Shown here one piece after another: positions 30,270 through 41,617 of a stretch of DNA of 64,000 nt. The notes under the pieces are model-generated. The model saw only the letters and a list, made by a program, of their open reading frames with translations. It did not search any database and was not told the DNA's origin. The DNA lies in assembly GCA_964492025.1 (NCBI GenBank), contig CAZBHR010000001.1:156315-220314 (forward strand), in the 5' to 3' direction. A program made the translations under genes and the position numbers. Positions within the stretch are counted from its first letter, which is position 1. Every line of letters begins with the position of its first letter. Source of the DNA: an uncultured Spirochaetia bacterium. GTDB taxonomy: Bacteria > Spirochaetota > Spirochaetia > CAZBHR01.

Positions 30270-32983
30270 TAATGAAAATCTCCCCAGGATTTTCCTATTT
30301 CAACAGAGACCCTAAGAGGTAGTGATAAGGGAACAGCTTTTTCCATAATAGATTTAATCTCCTCAGCATAGGACTCTGCAAGGCTCTCATCAACCTCAAA
30401 GAGCAACTCATCATGCACCTGTAAAAGGAGATCCACCCCACCACTCCTTTCTGCCCACTGATCAATTTGAAGCATAGCCTCTTTTACTACATCCGCAGCA
30501 CTTCCCTGAATACGAGTATTTATAGCACTACGTTCAGCCCCCTTTCTGAGATTTCCATTACTGCTATCAAGACCTCGTACAGATCGCCGTCGTCCCCGTA
30601 AAGTCTCTACAAATCCACGGTCTACAGCCTCATTAAGGGTGTCGTCAAAAAAACTTTTTACCTTATCATACTCCCTAAAATAGGCGGTAATAAACTCCTT
30701 TGCCGCAGCCAAGGTAATACCAAGCTCCCGGGAGAGCCTAAAGGGAGACATTCCATACATAATTCCAAAGTTGATAGTTTTTGCAATACGACGCTGTTCA
30801 GAAGTAATATCCCCCGAAGGAACTCCAAAGATAAGAGACCCCGTAGAAGCATGAACATCATCGCCTCGAGTAAATGCCCCAATCAGATTTTCATCTTGTG
30901 AAAGGTGTGCCAAAAGTACTAGCTCAATTTGAGCGTAATCCGCAGAGATAAACACTTTTCCAGGAGATGCAACAAATGCCCTTCTCACAGCCCTTCCCTC
31001 ATCTGTACGAATAGGAATATTTTGCAAGTTAGGGTTTCGACTAGAGAGCCTACCCGTAGCTGTTCCTGTCTGTACAAATGTTGTATGCAACCTACCAGTT
31101 TTGGGATTTACTAAGTTTGGGAGAGCCTCTACATAGGTTGATAGCAACTTACTCACCACTCGAAACCGTAACATGTATCGAGGAACAGGGTCCAAGGGAG
31201 CTAAAGCCTCTAGCACTGTAGTATCGGTGGAATAACCGGTCTTGGTCTTTTTCCCCTTTGGAAGACCTCTCTCTTCAAAGAGTACCTCCTGAAGCTGCTG
31301 AGTAGAGTTAAGGTTAAACTCCTTACCACAAAGTCTGTAAATCTCCTGCTCAAGAGAAGAGAGCTCATTCCGAAGCTGTTCTCCCTCCTCCTTTAAAATA
31401 TCCTTATCTACATAAATACCCCGATACTCCATATCTGAAAGAATGGTTACCACAGGCATCTCTAGGGTTGAGAAAATATCCTCCATCCCCTGCTGTTTTA
31501 TTTTTGCAGAGAATATCTCGTACAGCTCAAAAAGAACAGCACCCTGATGTGCAACATACTCTTTCACACTCTCTACAGAAACCTCACGGAGTGGTTTTTT
31601 CTCAGTAACAGCTGACAGGGATTCTCTCTCCTCTTGCAAATACTTACTCATAAGATCATCGATAGAAAACCCTTGGGCATCACCCAGAAGCCAACCCGCA
31701 ATAATTGTATCGAAGTCAACCTTAGGAGGATCAATCCCTACGCGAAGAAGTGCTTTTCTTTGCTCCGAAAAGTTGTGACAAATAAACGTAATTTTTGGGT
31801 TATGAAACAGTGGTTTTAGTGCATCCGTAACCGATGAAATAGGAAGCCCTTGCCACACATGAAAACCCTCATCTAGCAGGAGATGCTCCGACTCTCTCTG
31901 GAGTGGAATAATAATTCCAGAAGAACTACTGGTGGTTAGGGATAAAGCTATTAAATCGGACTCCATGGAGTTACTCCCATCCATAAGGGAGTCTACCACA
32001 ATATGTGAAGCATTCATAAGATTATGCACCGCTTTTTCCAGCTTTTTACCTGTAGTTATAAGTGAAAAATCAAGCTCCCTGGGCTCATTATTTGTCACAA
32101 ACTCCTCGCTCCCTTGGGAACTTCCTAAACTCTTAGCAACAGTAATAAGACGTTTAGAATCAATACTCTCAAAGAAAGGAACTGCGGCGGAGAAATTTGG
32201 CTGACCAGAAATATCTAAATCCATATCTACATCGGTAACTAGGGTAACAAGAAATTTACTAAACTGTGCAGACTCCCACCCAAGCTCTAACTTTTCTCGC
32301 TGCTTAGGGGTCAGTTCAGATCTTTTTTCGTACAGTGCCTCTAGGGTTCCATATTTCTGTAAATACTGTGCAGCACCCTTGGCACCCACTCCAGACACCC
32401 CAGGAACATTATCAGAAGAGTCTCCAACAAGGGAAAGGTAATCTATAATTTGATCGGGTCGTACCCCCATACTCTCCTCTACCTTTGCGGGATCAAAGAG
32501 AATATTTCCATTGCCCTTATGCTGCGGTCTGAGCATGTGAATATTTTTATCAACAAGCTGCATGAGATCCTTATCTCCGGAGAGAATTCGAACTCTATTG
32601 CCTTGAGCACTCTCCTGTTTTGCAATGGTACCAATAATATCATCCGCCTCATAACCACTCTTCTGAAATACCGGTACATTTATGGCACGCAGAATCTCAA
32701 TCACCTGATCAACTTGCTGATGCAAATCTTCAGGAGCAGGCTTTCTTGTAGCCTTGTAGTCTGGATATTTCTCATGCCTAAAGGTGGGGCCTTTAGCATC
32801 AAATACTGCTACCAAACAATCTGGTTTTTCCGATTCCATTAAAGAAAATACAGTTGAAAAGAATCCATAGATAGCTGAGATATTATCTCCCTGAGGGCTG
32901 GTAAGAGGATGATTGATAAAAGCGTAATACGCACGGTACACAAGGGCATGACCATCTACGAGAAGTACAAGTTTAGAGTCCAT
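30269..32983 (-). CDS. polA: DNA polymerase I
   Basis: 5'-exo domain (DGHAL, YKATR, EADD, GDSSDN); motifs A DYAQIE, B AKTINFG and C QVHDE. Confidence 0.97.
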   Translation of the reverse strand: MDSKLVLLVDGHALVYRAYYAFINHPLTSPQGDNISAIYGFFSTVFSLMESEKPDCLVAVFDAKGPTFRHEKYPDYKATRKPAPEDLHQQVDQVIEILRAINVPVFQKSGYEADDIIGTIAKQESAQGNRVRILSGDKDLMQLVDKNIHMLRPQHKGNGNILFDPAKVEESMGVRPDQIIDYLSLVGDSSDNVPGVSGVGAKGAAQYLQKYGTLEALYEKRSELTPKQREKLELGWESAQFSKFLVTLVTDVDMDLDISGQPNFSAAVPFFESIDSKRLITVAKSLGSSQGSEEFVTNNEPRELDFSLITTGKKLEKAVHNLMNASHIVVDSLMDGSNSMESDLIALSLTTSSSSGIIIPLQRESEHLLLDEGFHVWQGLPISSVTDALKPLFHNPKITFICHNFSEQRKALLRVGIDPPKVDFDTIIAGWLLGDAQGFSIDDLMSKYLQEERESLSAVTEKKPLREVSVESVKEYVAHQGAVLFELYEIFSAKIKQQGMEDIFSTLEMPVVTILSDMEYRGIYVDKDILKEEGEQLRNELSSLEQEIYRLCGKEFNLNSTQQLQEVLFEERGLPKGKKTKTGYSTDTTVLEALAPLDPVPRYMLRFRVVSKLLSTYVEALPNLVNPKTGRLHTTFVQTGTATGRLSSRNPNLQNIPIRTDEGRAVRRAFVASPGKVFISADYAQIELVLLAHLSQDENLIGAFTRGDDVHASTGSLIFGVPSGDITSEQRRIAKTINFGIMYGMSPFRLSRELGITLAAAKEFITAYFREYDKVKSFFDDTLNEAVDRGFVETLRGRRRSVRGLDSSNGNLRKGAERSAINTRIQGSAADVVKEAMLQIDQWAERSGGVDLLLQVHDELLFEVDESLAESYAEEIKSIMEKAVPLSLPLRVSVEIGKSWGDFH

Positions 32984-32991
32984 ATATCCCC

Positions 32992-33651
32992 CTATAACGC
33001 AGGCTGTAGTGTAAGAAACTGTAACTTCCCAAGAGCCCTAGGAGAGTCTGAACTCTTAACGACAAAGGTGAGTTCATTCATAGTTGAGACAATCTCATAC
33101 ACATTAATATGCTCCCACGCTAACATACGAGTTGTTTGGAATACAATTCCAGGGGTTGCTAAAAAGTCTCCTGAGAAGGTTAAGGTTATAGCAACAAGAT
33201 CCTCTGAGTAAGTTAAGATATCCGAAGGATTAAGTCCCTCTTCAAATTGATCTTTCAGAGAGGAAGAGAGTGTAACTGCAACCTCCTTATTGCCTATAAT
33301 GGTGTTGATAAACCCCTTAGACTCCTTTGCTGCAATACGTCCAATATCCCCCACACAACCGAGAACATTAAGGTTCTTTTTTAAATTAAAGTCACAAATA
33401 TTTGTTTGAAGAGAGAGGGAGCAACTCATTTGAGCAAGACCACTCTGGGTATTGGAAGATTTTATTTTATCACTATATCTCCGAAGAGCCATAACAATTG
33501 CGGGCTCCTTTACCTCTTTTCCTAACTTTCTTTCAATTTCATCTCGAAGGTACGCCGCCAGATGATTGAAATTAATAAGGTTTTTTACTAAAGCTTCGGA
33601 TAAAAATGGTCGACTTTCAATCATCTCTTCCACACTCTTAGCTACACTCAT
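32992..33651 (-). CDS. ACT-domain protein (aspartokinase-regulatory-like, probable N-terminal HTH)
   Basis: INFNHLA..L..AIVMALRRY N-terminus; TPGIV...INVYEIVSTMNELTFVV ACT-like C-terminus; no kinase domain. Confidence 0.65.
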   Translation of the reverse strand: MSVAKSVEEMIESRPFLSEALVKNLINFNHLAAYLRDEIERKLGKEVKEPAIVMALRRYSDKIKSSNTQSGLAQMSCSLSLQTNICDFNLKKNLNVLGCVGDIGRIAAKESKGFINTIIGNKEVAVTLSSSLKDQFEEGLNPSDILTYSEDLVAITLTFSGDFLATPGIVFQTTRMLAWEHINVYEIVSTMNELTFVVKSSDSPRALGKLQFLTLQPAL

Positions 33652-33996
33652 ATACCCCTCCAATCGTTATAAAACTGTCATTTTGTTAATATTATAACAC
33701 AAAGTTTTGTATATGTTAAGAGAAAGTTTTAGTTTTCTTTAGGTTTTTCACATTGAGAGATAATGACGTATCCCCTATAAGAATATTATTATAAGCAGTG
33801 CTAAAAAGCTCCGCCAATAATAAGAGTATCCTACAAAAAAAGACTTATTATCTCTCTCTCATATTACACCGTGAAAGAAATACATACGGTTCTCCTAAAA
33901 TATCATAGTTGCTCACCTGTTTAGGGGTCTCCTTGAATTGACGAAACCCCACGGTTGTGGTACTTTTTATAAAGACTTTCAAAGGATGATAGGATA

Positions 33997-35538
33997 ATGG
34001 AAAATAGATTACAACGACGAACTAAAAAAGAGACCTCAAAGAAGGAGATTGAACAACAGAGCACAAAAAAAAGATCTCCCCTTCTCTGGGCAGGATCGGT
34101 AGTTATACTGGTCATCATTGTTGTCGCTTTGGTGTTTGCTCCAGTACTACAAATTGTAGGCTCTAGCAACGAGATAACTTTTGGGTCATACGGAAATAGA
34201 GATATCTCTATGCGATGGGGTGACAGTAGCAATCACATGTATCAGTATATTAGTGGGAGTGACTCAAACTCGCTTACCTCAGACTTTGCAGTAACCATGC
34301 TTTGGAATAGGGCGTTTGAAAGTGCAGCACATCAAGAGGCATTTTCGTACTACCTTGATAAGGCTGAGGCTGAGGTATCTCGAGACAGGCTTAATGAGCT
34401 AGTTGCAAATCACTATACAGCAGATGGTGTATTCCTCAAAGAGCAGTATCTTAACACTTCACCAACAGAGATAAGAACCCTTGAGAAACAACTAGAGTCA
34501 CAACAAAAAATGCAGTATCTCAGTAATGGGTTATTCTCCTATGCGATTCTTCCTCAGGGACAACTTGATTTAATAGCAGATTTACAGAAAGAGAAGCGAA
34601 ACTTCTCATACATGGTAGTATCTAAATCAACCTACCCTGAAGATTTAGCTCAGGAGTATGTACATAACAACCCAGACATGTTCTCTTCTGCTGATATATC
34701 TATGATCACTTTTATTGTTGATGAGAACCAACCGTTATCTACTGTGGAAGCTGAGTATGCAAAAATCATGGATGATCCAGCATATTTCCAAACAGTTCTT
34801 GATAGTGCTGCTGACACCGATGGTGTGTATACTCAGGAAAAAACAACAGGATCCTACGCAGGACTTCGTACTCGTTTTGTAAACAACGAAGAACTTAAAC
34901 CATATTTCCTTGAGGGGACAGTTGGTGATATATCTCCCTTAATGGAAGGAACAAACTCTACGTACTCAGTTATGAAAATTACTGGTGAGCCAGAACCTCT
35001 TCTTGCTATGGGGTCAACAGGACTTATCTCTTCTACTATTATGGCAGAGAGTCCTGAAGTTATGGATGCGTACCTAGAGAAGCAGTCCAAGGCAATCCTT
35101 GATCAGCTTGCAAGTGGAGGAACAATGGAGATGGCTAGTGAAAAAACTGGTATTGATTCCTACACAGCAATGAATAACACCTTCCAGTATAATGGGTCAG
35201 CCCTTGCTTCGGCAAACTACTTTGGTATGGGTGGTATACAAGGAAGTGATAGCCAAAACCTCTTTAGTTCATCATCCCTAACCAAGGATCAGATTACAGA
35301 GCTTTTCTCTATGGAGAAAGGAGCCGTTACAACCTTTGATACCGTAGCAGGTACCATGATTGTAAGCTTAGATGATATTATTATTGAGGAAGAGCAGGAT
35401 ACGTTCCTTATGGAATATGGATACTCTGTGGCGGATAACCAACTCCGTACAAGATCTATTGAGAACAACATTATGGAAAGTGATCTGTTAAAAAATAACT
35501 TTACAAAAACTTTTCAATCAAAGGTATTAGGAAATTAA
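33997..35538 (+). CDS. Membrane-anchored SurA/PpiD-like periplasmic chaperone
   Basis: Single N-terminal TM, FGSY.N..I, helical SurA-N-like region, RNFSYM, GDISP; parvulin motifs degenerate. Confidence 0.55.
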   Translation: MENRLQRRTKKETSKKEIEQQSTKKRSPLLWAGSVVILVIIVVALVFAPVLQIVGSSNEITFGSYGNRDISMRWGDSSNHMYQYISGSDSNSLTSDFAVTMLWNRAFESAAHQEAFSYYLDKAEAEVSRDRLNELVANHYTADGVFLKEQYLNTSPTEIRTLEKQLESQQKMQYLSNGLFSYAILPQGQLDLIADLQKEKRNFSYMVVSKSTYPEDLAQEYVHNNPDMFSSADISMITFIVDENQPLSTVEAEYAKIMDDPAYFQTVLDSAADTDGVYTQEKTTGSYAGLRTRFVNNEELKPYFLEGTVGDISPLMEGTNSTYSVMKITGEPEPLLAMGSTGLISSTIMAESPEVMDAYLEKQSKAILDQLASGGTMEMASEKTGIDSYTAMNNTFQYNGSALASANYFGMGGIQGSDSQNLFSSSSLTKDQITELFSMEKGAVTTFDTVAGTMIVSLDDIIIEEEQDTFLMEYGYSVADNQLRTRSIENNIMESDLLKNNFTKTFQSKVLGN

Positions 35539-35539
35539 T

Positions 35540-36535
35540 ATGACATTTGCAGATGAGATGAAGTCCCTAGCAAGGGCAAAAAACAAAAAACTCGTTCTCC
35601 CAGAGGGAACAGAACCAAGAACTATTGAGGGTGCCGCAAAGATTATGGCTGAGGGGCTTGCTTCGGAGGTAATACTCCTAGGAGATCCTGCACAGATCAA
35701 GGCTAAAGCAAATGAGATATCCGTAGATATTTCAGCTATCACCCTACTCGACCCAGCTTCCAGCGACCGAATTGAAGCGTATTCTGCGGAGTACCATGAA
35801 CTTCGAAAGAAGAAAGGTATATCTATGGAAGAGGCGCAGGCAAAAATTGTTGACCCTCTTCACTGGGGAGCCATGATGGTTCGTCTCGGTGATGCGGATG
35901 CCATGGTAGCAGGAGCAGAAAACTCCACAGGAAAAGTTTTAGTAGCCGCTTTTACCATTATCAAAACAGCTCCTGGAATTAACTACGCCTCTTCATGTTT
36001 TATTATGTGTACCCCCGCTACTGACTTTGGTGTTGAAGGTAAGTTCATTTTTGGAGATTGTGCTACAATCCCTAACCCAACAGCAGAACAACTTGCGGAG
36101 ATTGCAATAGCTTCAGCTAAGTCTTGTGAAACATTCCTTAAGGTTCCTGCAGAAACAGCAATGTTATCCTTCTCTACTAAGGGATCTGCAGAACATGAGC
36201 TTGTAGACAAAGTGAGAGAAGCTCTTGCTATTGCTAAAGAGAAAGCTCCAGAGCTCAGTATTGATGGAGAGTTACAGCTAGATGCAGCTATTGTTCCCAG
36301 TGTAGGAGCTTCTAAGGCACCAGGATCTCAGGTAGCAGGAAAAGCTAATACCCTTATTTTCCCTGATCTTCAGGCGGGAAATATTGGCTACAAACTGGTA
36401 CAACGACTTGCTGGAGCAGATGCCTATGGACCAGTATTACAGGGATTTGCAAAGCCCGTAAGTGACCTCTCTCGGGGCTGTAGCGTAGAGGATATTGTGG
36501 TAACCTCCGCAATGACTCTAGCTCAGGCTGAATAA
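35540..36535 (+). CDS. pta: Phosphate acetyltransferase
   Basis: LVLPEG, MLSFSTKGS, DGELQLDAA, GNIGYK, DLSRG. Confidence 0.97.
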   Translation: MTFADEMKSLARAKNKKLVLPEGTEPRTIEGAAKIMAEGLASEVILLGDPAQIKAKANEISVDISAITLLDPASSDRIEAYSAEYHELRKKKGISMEEAQAKIVDPLHWGAMMVRLGDADAMVAGAENSTGKVLVAAFTIIKTAPGINYASSCFIMCTPATDFGVEGKFIFGDCATIPNPTAEQLAEIAIASAKSCETFLKVPAETAMLSFSTKGSAEHELVDKVREALAIAKEKAPELSIDGELQLDAAIVPSVGASKAPGSQVAGKANTLIFPDLQAGNIGYKLVQRLAGADAYGPVLQGFAKPVSDLSRGCSVEDIVVTSAMTLAQAE

Positions 36536-36552
36536 GAAATAGTTAAGTTTGT

Positions 36553-36581
36553 AAAAAAGTCCCCTAATGGGGACTTTTTTT
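36553..36581. terminator. Bidirectional intrinsic terminator
   Basis: AAAAAAGTCCCC-TAAT-GGGGACTTTTTTT between pta and rsmA. Confidence 0.9.
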
Positions 36582-36601
36582 ATGGGTATAAAACTGAAAG
36601 A

Positions 36602-37459
36602 TTAAGATTTAAGACTGTCTATTCTATCAGCAAGGTTGATAATCTGGGTTAAACTCAAAGCCTCCCCCCTCGCCTCTGGAGAAATCTGCTCTGCTTTTAA
36701 CACCTCTTCAACAACCTCTACTCCTCCATGATTAAGAGCAGAACCACGAAGAAGGCTATTCTTTATTGTTTTCCTTCGTGAGAGATATAGATCTTTCAGA
36801 AGCCTATAAAAAAGAGATTCGTTCTTAGCTCTTGGGATATCCGTATTAGGTCGTAGTTCAACTACTCCTGAGGTTACCATGGGAGCGGGATAAAAACACC
36901 CAGCAGGGACATCTCCAAGGTAGGTGATTTTACAGTTGTATTGACAAATTGCGGTAAAGGTTGAGTAGAGCTTTGTATTTGGCTGTGCCATCATACGCTG
37001 ACACACCTCTTTTTGTAGCATAAAAACCATCTGATCAGCTACACAACCACCCTGCATAAGATCGGTAATGAGTTGAGACCCTACATTATAAGGGAGGTTT
37101 CCCATAAGTACCTTTGGAGCTCCATGCTCCTTATGGTAGGGTTTCCAAAGCTTTAAAGCATCACCCTCAACCAGAGTAAAAGCATCCTCTCCATACTCAT
37201 CTCGCAGGATACGACAAAACCCATGGTCCAACTCAAAGAGTGTAAGGTTATACCCCTTCTTAACAAACTGAGAGGTCATGGCTCCAATACCTGGCCCAAC
37301 CTCCCATACAGAGTCACCAGAAGAGGCATCAAGAACCTCGGCTATTTTCTCTCTTACATGGGGAGCAATTAAAAAATTTTGACCTAACTTTTTATTCATT
37401 GCCAAACCATGATCTTCAAGGTAGGTAGCAATAGCTTCAGGTGAGTTATAATTAATCAT
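36602..37459 (-). CDS. rsmA: 16S rRNA m6,2A dimethyltransferase RsmA/KsgA
   Basis: LGQNFL, EVGPGIG, GNLPYN, MLQKEV, RRKTIKN. Confidence 0.96.
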   Translation of the reverse strand: MINYNSPEAIATYLEDHGLAMNKKLGQNFLIAPHVREKIAEVLDASSGDSVWEVGPGIGAMTSQFVKKGYNLTLFELDHGFCRILRDEYGEDAFTLVEGDALKLWKPYHKEHGAPKVLMGNLPYNVGSQLITDLMQGGCVADQMVFMLQKEVCQRMMAQPNTKLYSTFTAICQYNCKITYLGDVPAGCFYPAPMVTSGVVELRPNTDIPRAKNESLFYRLLKDLYLSRRKTIKNSLLRGSALNHGGVEVVEEVLKAEQISPEARGEALSLTQIINLADRIDSLKS

Positions 37460-37560
37460 GTTTTAAAGTATACCGATAATAGGTTTTCTGCCAAGGGGGA
37501 AAATCCTATACCTTATATGTGTGGGAGAGAAACTATAGTTTATCATGATAAAACTCACCC

Positions 37561-38661
37561 CTAACCTTTCTCAGGAAAGAGCTTTGCTATATCCTCGGTA
37601 TTCGCTTTACACACACCTCTCTCGGTAATAAGTCCGGTTACATACTTTGCAGGCGTTACATCAAATCCAAAGTTACCCTTGTCACCATCTGTCTTTGAAG
37701 AACAGATACGTATGGTGGTAAGTTCTCCCGTATCAATGTGAGCTCCAGTTATCTCTGTAACCTCTGACCCAGAGCGTAACTCAATAGGTATCTCTTGAAA
37801 GGCGTCATCCATACTCCAATCAAAGGTGGGAGATGGGAGACACACGTAAAAAGGGACTCCATTATCGTGGGCAGCTAGTGCCTTGAGGTAGGTTCCAATT
37901 TTATTACACACATCTCCATGACGGGTTGTTCTATCGGTTCCAACAAAGCAGAGATCTACCATACCATGTTGCATAAGGTGTCCTCCTGCGTTATCAACAA
38001 TAAGGGTATGAGGAACTCCATGGCTAGATAATTCAAAGGCTGTTAAATTTGCACCTTGACTACGCGGACGTGTCTCATCTACCCACACATGTACGGGAAT
38101 TCCCTTATCGTGGGCCTTATATATAGGAGCTAGGGCTGTTCCCCAGTCTACCGTTGCAAGCCACCCTGCGTTACAGTGGGTAAGAATGTGAACAGTCTCT
38201 CCCTCTTTTTTGCTTGCAATCTCTTCAATAATTTGCAAACCGTAATCACCAATCGCACTATTTATCGCAACATCTTCATCACAAATCTCTGCAGCAAGTT
38301 CATACGCCCGTGACGCTCTCTCTCCCGCAGGTGTCTGGCTCAACTCCTGTTCCATTATATCACATGCCCACGCCAAGTTTACCGCCGTAGGTCGAGCAGT
38401 AACCATATGTGAACACACCTCTTGGAGTGATGTATCAGAGGAGTCAAAGTGCATTGCAAGTGCAATTCCGTATGCTCCTGCAGCACCAATAAGCGGTGCT
38501 CCTCGCAGATTCATATCTTGAATAGCCCGATACACTTCTTCCACTGTTTTCAAAGTCATAATTTCAAAAACATGAGGAAGCTTTGTTTGGTCAATTATTT
38601 GAGGGTATATACCATCTTCTGTAAGCCATATAGAACGGTAATGTTTATTATTAATTTTCAT
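37561..38661 (-). CDS. mtnA: Methylthioribose-1-phosphate isomerase
   Basis: [49 protein letters not shown]. Confidence 0.95.
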   Translation of the reverse strand: MKINNKHYRSIWLTEDGIYPQIIDQTKLPHVFEIMTLKTVEEVYRAIQDMNLRGAPLIGAAGAYGIALAMHFDSSDTSLQEVCSHMVTARPTAVNLAWACDIMEQELSQTPAGERASRAYELAAEICDEDVAINSAIGDYGLQIIEEIASKKEGETVHILTHCNAGWLATVDWGTALAPIYKAHDKGIPVHVWVDETRPRSQGANLTAFELSSHGVPHTLIVDNAGGHLMQHGMVDLCFVGTDRTTRHGDVCNKIGTYLKALAAHDNGVPFYVCLPSPTFDWSMDDAFQEIPIELRSGSEVTEITGAHIDTGELTTIRICSSKTDGDKGNFGFDVTPAKYVTGLITERGVCKANTEDIAKLFPEKG

Positions 38662-38736
38662 AATACTATCATAGATTGAATCTATAACTTTGTCAAAGCT
38701 TTTTTGTTTGACAAAAACAGCCTTACCCATTACACT
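38662..38736. promoter_or_regulatory. Back-to-back divergent promoters with a palindromic operator candidate
   Basis: Minus: TTGACA(38696-91)-17-TATGAT. Plus: TTGACA(38708-13)-17-TACACT. Palindrome ATAGATT-G-AATCTAT at 38671-38685. Confidence 0.7.
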
Positions 38737-38763
38737 CATAAAAAAGCTTCCTAAGGAGGATGT

Positions 38764-39996
38764 ATGAAAAAAATGGTATCCCTACTCACCATTATGTATG
38801 TATCAATTCTTGTTTTATCCTGTAGCACCACAGATGTAGTATCAACCGAACAGTTGAATAACACTACAGAGCTGAAAGAACAACAAAATCTATCAATGAT
38901 TAGACTTGCCATTGATACTACGTATGTAGAGGAATTGGAAAACCTAGGATTTACCGTTCAGAACAAACCTGTTGGTGAACCTAACTTTTTATCTCTATCC
39001 CAAGCTATTGAATACACCCTTGATGCTGTTAATATGTTAGAACTCGCTTGGACTATGACTCCTGAAAAATCAGTGGAGCTCATAAAATCCTACGGTGTTA
39101 CTCCACAGGTACAGCCAAGAGAGAACCAGCTGATAGCAACAGCTCTGTCTACAGGACTTTTCACACCAGACTGGTACACATCCCAGCTTAAGAGAGACAC
39201 CTTAGGCTATGCTGCAAGTAAAGAACTTCAATATGCAGCTGGGGATTTTCTAGGATTACCCCTAGGATACTTAGGACGTATCTCAGATAATAATATATAC
39301 AAAAATCTCTTAACAAACTGGAGTAACTACACCATTGAAGAGGATAACGAACTGGTCAATATTGTTGATGAGGGGGTTATTCAAGGAGTGACCACTGGTT
39401 ACAATGTGGTAAGTTCTTCATCAAACCCAGATGTGAACCCATACCTTGCTATTACCTATGGACATAACGATATAAAACATGCAATGCAACTTATTGGACT
39501 ACTCCGAAGTGAGGGTGTTGATGGAAAAGTGTATTTTCAAGGTAAAACAGGTGCATTTCTCTACCTTGAAGATTGGGGAACCCCCTATGAAACAGAGGGC
39601 TTTAAGGTAAAGCAGATTCCCAGTGGTGATTATGTGGCATACGCAAAGGAGTACAACATAACCTTTGAATTTATGAGCTCAGAGGACAAAGAGATGTTTA
39701 ATACTATTATTCTACAGTATGCAAAAAAAGATACCCCCGATGAAGAGGGCCTCATTTACGCCTCTTGGTGGCAACCACTCTACTCTTCCACAACACCAAT
39801 GGGAGATGGGTACCAAATAATCACGGATAATGTGATTACCTACGGAGAGTACGAGGCTCACCCCTTTTCTCTCAATGAGGCTGCGGAACATGCGGTTGAT
39901 GGATTTCTCAGTATTGATGATACATTGCAGATTGAGAGTACTCAGTTCTGGGTGAACCAAGCATTTTTCAACTACCTTATGGGTGAATCTCAATAA
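38764..39996 (+). CDS. Lipoprotein of unknown function
   Basis: Lipobox ILVLSC; SD AAGGAGG; first gene of the nucleoside ABC operon. Confidence 0.75.
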   Translation: MKKMVSLLTIMYVSILVLSCSTTDVVSTEQLNNTTELKEQQNLSMIRLAIDTTYVEELENLGFTVQNKPVGEPNFLSLSQAIEYTLDAVNMLELAWTMTPEKSVELIKSYGVTPQVQPRENQLIATALSTGLFTPDWYTSQLKRDTLGYAASKELQYAAGDFLGLPLGYLGRISDNNIYKNLLTNWSNYTIEEDNELVNIVDEGVIQGVTTGYNVVSSSSNPDVNPYLAITYGHNDIKHAMQLIGLLRSEGVDGKVYFQGKTGAFLYLEDWGTPYETEGFKVKQIPSGDYVAYAKEYNITFEFMSSEDKEMFNTIILQYAKKDTPDEEGLIYASWWQPLYSSTTPMGDGYQIITDNVITYGEYEAHPFSLNEAAEHAVDGFLSIDDTLQIESTQFWVNQAFFNYLMGESQ

Positions 39997-40015
39997 TCAT
40001 CACAATGGAGTAACC

Positions 40016-41617
40016 ATGAGCACAACAACGACACAACATGAGAGTGGTATACCGCCACTCTTTGAGGAACAGGAGATTCTACGGACCCAGGGATTATCAA
40101 AATCCTTTGGTTCTGTAATAGCCAATAAAGATATTGATATTACTCTCTATCAAGGTGAGATTATTTCCATCTTAGGAGAGAATGGTGCCGGAAAATCTAC
40201 TCTTATGAATATGCTCTACGGGTTGTACAAACCCTCGGCAGGACAGATATACGTAAAGGGAAAGTCCGTATCATTCACCTCCCCTCGAGATGCAATTGCC
40301 CAAGGTATTGGCATGGTTCATCAGCACTTTATGCTTATTGAGCCCCTTTCGGTACTAGAAAATATTATCCTTGGCAATGAACCGTATAGTTGGAAAGGAA
40401 TTGACCATACACAAGCAAGAAAAGAGGTCTCCGAACTCATAGAGAGATTCAATCTTCATATAGATCTTGATGCAAAGGTAGAGGATATTCCCGTAGGACT
40501 TCAACAACGAGTAGAGATTGTAAAAGCCCTGTATCGAAAGGTAGACGTTCTGATCCTAGATGAGCCCACTGCGGTATTAACACCTCAGGAGATTCAAGAT
40601 TTTTTTCAGGTAATTAGAACCCTGCGAGACAGGGGTGTTTCTGTTATTATTATCACCCATAAACTGGAAGAGATAAAACAGATATCCCGTCGAGTATATA
40701 TCCTCCGTAAAGGTAAAATAGTTGGAGAGCAACAAACAGAGGGGCTAAACCGAGAGGAACTTGCAAACCTCATGGTAGGTCGAAATGTGGTGCTCAACGT
40801 AGAAAAACCTGAACCGAAGGTTGAAAACAGAGAGCTACTCTCTACAAAAAATCTTCAAGTCTTGGGAAATAGAGGTACCCTCGCCCTGCACGATCTATCA
40901 TTATCCGTAAGACCAGGAGAGATTGTAGCTATAGCTGGGGTTGATGGAAATGGACAAGAGGAGTTAGCAGAGGCTATTATGGGACTCCGGAAGGTGCAAA
41001 AAGGAGTCATATCTTTTGAGGGTGAATCTATTACAAAAACACCTACAAAAGATAGAATTGCACAAGGAATATCCTATGTTCCAGCAGACCGGCACAAGTC
41101 TGGTCTTGTTCTCGATTTTACCTTAGGTGAAAATATCCTACTAGGAAACCATAGAACACCTCCCCTTGTATCAAGAGGGTTTCTTCAGGAAAAGGAGATA
41201 TATCAGTACAGTGATACCCTCATAGACCAATATGGAGTTATGACACCATCTTCCCAAGAGCTAGCATCTCACCTTTCTGGAGGTAACCAGCAAAAAGTTG
41301 TTCTGGCTCGGGAGTTTGAGAGAGATCCCAAATTTATTATTGTTGCACAACCAACCAGAGGGTTAGATGTTGGGGCGATTGAATATATCCACTCACAGAT
41401 TATACGGATGAGAGATCAGGGTGTTGGTATTCTTCTTATATCACTAGAGTTAGAGGAAGTTTTCTCACTGGCAGATAGGATTCTTGTGCTTTTTGAGGGT
41501 AGGATTGTAAAAGAGCTGAACCCAAAAGAGACAAATGAGCAGGAGGTTGGTTTATATATGACAGGAAGTAATAGTCATAACGAAGATAACACCACTAAGG
41601 CGGTGAACCATGAATAA
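40016..41617 (+). CDS. Nucleoside ABC transporter ATP-binding protein (NupA-like, two ABC domains)
   Basis: GENGAGKST, MVHQHFML, LDEPT, LSGGNQQK, QPTRGLD. Confidence 0.93.
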   Translation: MSTTTTQHESGIPPLFEEQEILRTQGLSKSFGSVIANKDIDITLYQGEIISILGENGAGKSTLMNMLYGLYKPSAGQIYVKGKSVSFTSPRDAIAQGIGMVHQHFMLIEPLSVLENIILGNEPYSWKGIDHTQARKEVSELIERFNLHIDLDAKVEDIPVGLQQRVEIVKALYRKVDVLILDEPTAVLTPQEIQDFFQVIRTLRDRGVSVIIITHKLEEIKQISRRVYILRKGKIVGEQQTEGLNREELANLMVGRNVVLNVEKPEPKVENRELLSTKNLQVLGNRGTLALHDLSLSVRPGEIVAIAGVDGNGQEELAEAIMGLRKVQKGVISFEGESITKTPTKDRIAQGISYVPADRHKSGLVLDFTLGENILLGNHRTPPLVSRGFLQEKEIYQYSDTLIDQYGVMTPSSQELASHLSGGNQQKVVLAREFERDPKFIIVAQPTRGLDVGAIEYIHSQIIRMRDQGVGILLISLELEEVFSLADRILVLFEGRIVKELNPKETNEQEVGLYMTGSNSHNEDNTTKAVNHE

